A stretch of 64,000 nt of DNA. Origin: Polyangiales bacterium (GTDB lineage: Bacteria; Myxococcota_A; Polyangia; Polyangiales; Polyangiaceae). Numbering within the stretch: the stretch's first letter is position 1; each line of letters opens with the position of its first letter. Positions 61,296 through 64,000 of this stretch are shown one piece after another. The translations under genes and the position numbers were made by a program. Below the pieces are notes generated by a model. It saw only the letters and a list, made by a program, of their open reading frames with translations. It ran no database searches and was not told where the DNA came from. The stretch lies in NCBI GenBank assembly GCA_038231275.1, contig JBBRLQ010000005.1, positions 256,001 through 320,000 on the forward strand, given 5' to 3'.

Positions 61296-61919
61296 GTGGA
61301 ACCGAAAACGGCAAAGGCGCGCGCGACGCACCTCCGGATCTTGCGAGAGGCGGCGCAGCTCTTCAGCGTCCGCGGGTATTTCCACACGACGGTGGACGAC
61401 GTGATGGCGCGCGCCGGGCTCACCAAGGGCGGCTTCTACGCCCACTTCGCGTCGAAGGACGCGCTCGTCCGCGCCGTCATCGATCACGCGACGGGCCTTT
61501 GGATGAGCAAGGTCGCCGTCCACGTCTCGCGCTACGGCGATCCGCGCGAGCAGCTCCGGCAGGTGCTGGAGGGCTACCGCCTCTACGCGATCGAGCGGAC
61601 GTTCGAAGGAGGCTGCCTCTTCGTCAATCTCGCGATCGAGCTCGACGATCAAGACGAGGAGCTGCGGGCCCTCGTCGAAGAGCGCTTCGCGCAGTTCCGC
61701 GCGATGGTGGCGACGATCGTGGAGCTGGGGAAGGCGCAGAGCCTGTTCCGCCCAGACACGCCGTCGGAGGAGCTCGCGGGCGTCGTCGTCGCGCACCTCA
61801 CCGGCACGATGATGCAGGCCAAAGTGAGCCGCGACTTCGGGCTCTTCGATCGAGGCAACGCGATCATCGTTCGGCTCCTCGCCTCGTACGAGACCTCCGC
61901 ACGCAAAGGCCACTCATGA
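61296..61919 (+). CDS. TetR/AcrR family transcriptional regulator
   Basis: LFSVRGY..TTVDDV...AGLTKGGFYAHFASKDAL, GGCLFVN. Confidence 0.93.
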   Translation: MEPKTAKARATHLRILREAAQLFSVRGYFHTTVDDVMARAGLTKGGFYAHFASKDALVRAVIDHATGLWMSKVAVHVSRYGDPREQLRQVLEGYRLYAIERTFEGGCLFVNLAIELDDQDEELRALVEERFAQFRAMVATIVELGKAQSLFRPDTPSEELAGVVVAHLTGTMMQAKVSRDFGLFDRGNAIIVRLLASYETSARKGHS

Positions 61920-62329
61920 TCCGTACGCTCCGCCTCCTTCGCCGCTTCGCCCTCCTAACGTCGGGGGCGACGTTCGCCGTCATCGGCGTCCTCGCGGTCT
62001 TCGCGCCCGCGGCGGTCGCGCGCGCGTACGGTCTGGCGCTTGTCGGCGTCGATGGGCTCGCCGAGTTTCGCGCGGTATTTACGGGGTTCTGGCTCTCGCT
62101 GGCGTACGCGATGGTCACCGCCGCGACGCGAAGGCGCGACGTGCCGCTCCTCGGCAACGTGTGCGGTGTGATGATCCTCTGCCAGTCGCTCGCGCGGCTC
62201 GCGAGCCTCGGCCTCGACGGACGCCCGAGCTGGCCGTTCGTCAGCGCGCTCGTCATGGAGCTCGGCACCGCGTGCGCGATCCTCGCTCCCACCGTGCTCG
62301 AAGCGCGCGTCGTCGCGGCGGCGCGATGA
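61916..62329 (+). CDS. DUF4345-like small membrane protein
   Basis: ATGA overlap with tetR, EFRAVFTG, ARLASLGLDG.P, four TM segments. Confidence 0.7.
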   Translation: MIRTLRLLRRFALLTSGATFAVIGVLAVFAPAAVARAYGLALVGVDGLAEFRAVFTGFWLSLAYAMVTAATRRRDVPLLGNVCGVMILCQSLARLASLGLDGRPSWPFVSALVMELGTACAILAPTVLEARVVAAAR

Positions 62330-62405
62330 GCCACCTCGAACTCCCCGACACCGCGGCGCAGGGGTAGACGGCAGCGTCCACTCCCTGACACGATGGGCGT
62401 GCGCG

Positions 62406-63593
62406 ATGCCGACCGTGAACGACATCTTCGAGTGGCTCGTCGACGGCGCGCCGGGTGCGGCCGGGCCCGCGGAGATCGTCCAGCGCATGTGCGACGACCT
62501 CATCGAGGCAGGAATTCCCCTCGATCGCGCGGTCGCGTTCGTGCGCACGCTCCACCCGCACATCATGGGTCGCGCGTTTCGGTACGAGCGCGGCGCGAAG
62601 GTGCGGACCACCGAGGCGTCGTACGCGCAGCTCAATGCACCGGGATTTCTGCAGAGCCCGGTCGCCGCGGTCTACAAATCGCGCGCGCCCCACCGGAGGC
62701 GGCTCATGGACCCGTCGTGCCCGCGCGATCACGCGATGATCGAGGAGCTCGCGAAGGAGGGCTTCACCGACTACGTCGCCTTGCCGCTTCTTTTCCTGGG
62801 CGGCGAGGTCCACGTCATCACGCTCGCGACGAAGGCGCCCGCCGGCTTCACCGACGCGCACATCGCCGATCTGCAGCACGTGGCGCGTCCGCTCGCGCGC
62901 GTCGCCGAGATCCTCGGTCTCCGTCGCACCGCGGTGAACCTGCTCAATACCTACGTTGGGCGCGACGCGGGCGAGCGGATCCTCGCCGGCAAGATCCAGC
63001 GCGGCGACACCGACACGATGCGCGCGATCATCTGGTTCTCGGATCTGCGCGGGTTCACGCAGCTGGCGTCGCAGATCACGCCGAGCACGCTCATCGGCGT
63101 GCTGAACGACCTCTTCGAGTGCCAGGTCCCCGCGATCCTCGCGCACGGCGGCGAGGTCCTGAAATTCATCGGCGATGGGCTCCTCGCGATCTTCCCGCTC
63201 GAAGGAGTGGAGGCGACGCCCACGCGGGTGTGCGACGCGGCCTTCGCGGCGGCGGAGGGAGCGTTCGGCGCCCTCGCGACGCTGAACACGGCGCGCGTCG
63301 GGCGAGGGGAGGCGCCGATCAAATTCGGCCTCGCGCTCCACACCGGCGAGATCGCATACGGCAACATCGGCGGCGCGGGGCGCCTCGATTTCACGTGTAT
63401 CGGCCCTGCCGTCAACGTCGCGTCGCGCCTCGAGGGGCTCACCGGCAACGCCAACCGCCCCGTCGTCGCGAGCGCGGAGATTGCGGCGCTCACCACGCGC
63501 CGCCTCGATGTGCTCGGCTCCTTCACGCTCAAGGGCGTGCCCGAACCGCAGCAAGTCTTCGCACCCGCCGACGGCGTGCTCGCGTCGTTCTGA
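62406..63593 (+). CDS. Class III adenylate cyclase with N-terminal GAF-like domain
   Basis: SDLRGFT, KFIGDG, RLDFTCIG..VN.ASRLE (the Lys/Asp pair suggests ATP specificity). Confidence 0.9.
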   Translation: MPTVNDIFEWLVDGAPGAAGPAEIVQRMCDDLIEAGIPLDRAVAFVRTLHPHIMGRAFRYERGAKVRTTEASYAQLNAPGFLQSPVAAVYKSRAPHRRRLMDPSCPRDHAMIEELAKEGFTDYVALPLLFLGGEVHVITLATKAPAGFTDAHIADLQHVARPLARVAEILGLRRTAVNLLNTYVGRDAGERILAGKIQRGDTDTMRAIIWFSDLRGFTQLASQITPSTLIGVLNDLFECQVPAILAHGGEVLKFIGDGLLAIFPLEGVEATPTRVCDAAFAAAEGAFGALATLNTARVGRGEAPIKFGLALHTGEIAYGNIGGAGRLDFTCIGPAVNVASRLEGLTGNANRPVVASAEIAALTTRRLDVLGSFTLKGVPEPQQVFAPADGVLASF

Positions 63594-63710
63594 CGCCCGT
63601 GTCGATGTCCGAGCGGCAGCGCACGGCGAACATCGACAACGAACCGAAGCCGGAGCGCCGCGTCGCCGCTCTCCGCGCGCTCGGTGCGCTGCGCTCGTTC
63701 TTGCCCTGAT

Positions 63711-64000
63711 TCAGCGGCCGCCGTGCTGCCCGATCCGTGCCGTCGCGTTGCAGCTGCACTCCTCGTCGAGGCAGCGGAACCGCACGCGCTCGCATCGGTG
63801 GCACACGGTCAGCGTTTCGTAGTCCTCCGGCCGCGCGAGCGCGTCCGCCGCGAAGAGCGAGAGGACACGGTACGCGAGGCGCATGCGCGGCGAGGCGAGC
63901 GGGATCCACCCGATCGCCCGCGTCTCTCCCACGACGCGATGAAGCGCGTGCTCCGCCTCGAGCCGCTGCGCGAAGGCCGTCTTCGTCCGAGAGATCGCCA
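63711..64000 (-). CDS. Hypothetical protein, 5'-partial, with C-terminal Cys cluster
   Basis: Frame stays open to the window edge. CHRC..C...CSC near the end. Confidence 0.5.
   Translation of the reverse strand, partial: AISRTKTAFAQRLEAEHALHRVVGETRAIGWIPLASPRMRLAYRVLSLFAADALARPEDYETLTVCHRCERVRFRCLDEECSCNATARIGQHGGR

Overview
High-GC (about 70% by eye) chromosomal window. It is most consistent with a myxobacterium (Polyangiaceae/Labilithrix-like), inferred from the Gly/Ser/Asp-linker lipoproteins, the sigma factor-Ser/Thr kinase pair, PilT paralogs and the extended IF3. From 1 to 20 kb it carries accessory secreted and lipoprotein genes interleaved with ylqF/rbgA, thrS and infC. These include an AttH/lipocalin-like::polyprenyl synthase fusion, a pentameric ligand-gated ion channel, a Shewanella-like phosphatase, a TPR protein, a frameshifted lipoprotein with a vWA partner, and a Cys-less glutaredoxin homolog. 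From 20 to 30 kb are an orphan HEAT-repeat::PilT plus PilT ATPase pair, an S1 protease and an acyl-CoA dehydrogenase. From 30 to 42 kb is a molybdenum-cofactor maturation cluster (moeA, MocA-type fusion, two xdhC, sufS-sufU, moaA) interrupted by a sigma factor/kinase/lipoprotein block. From 42.5 to 59.4 kb is the dcw cluster (mraZ to ftsZ, without murB/ddl), followed by a creatininase-fold lipoprotein, AraC and TetR regulators and a class III cyclase. No tRNA, rRNA, CRISPR array, transposase or integrase was recognised. All calls come from motif recognition by eye; no searches were run.
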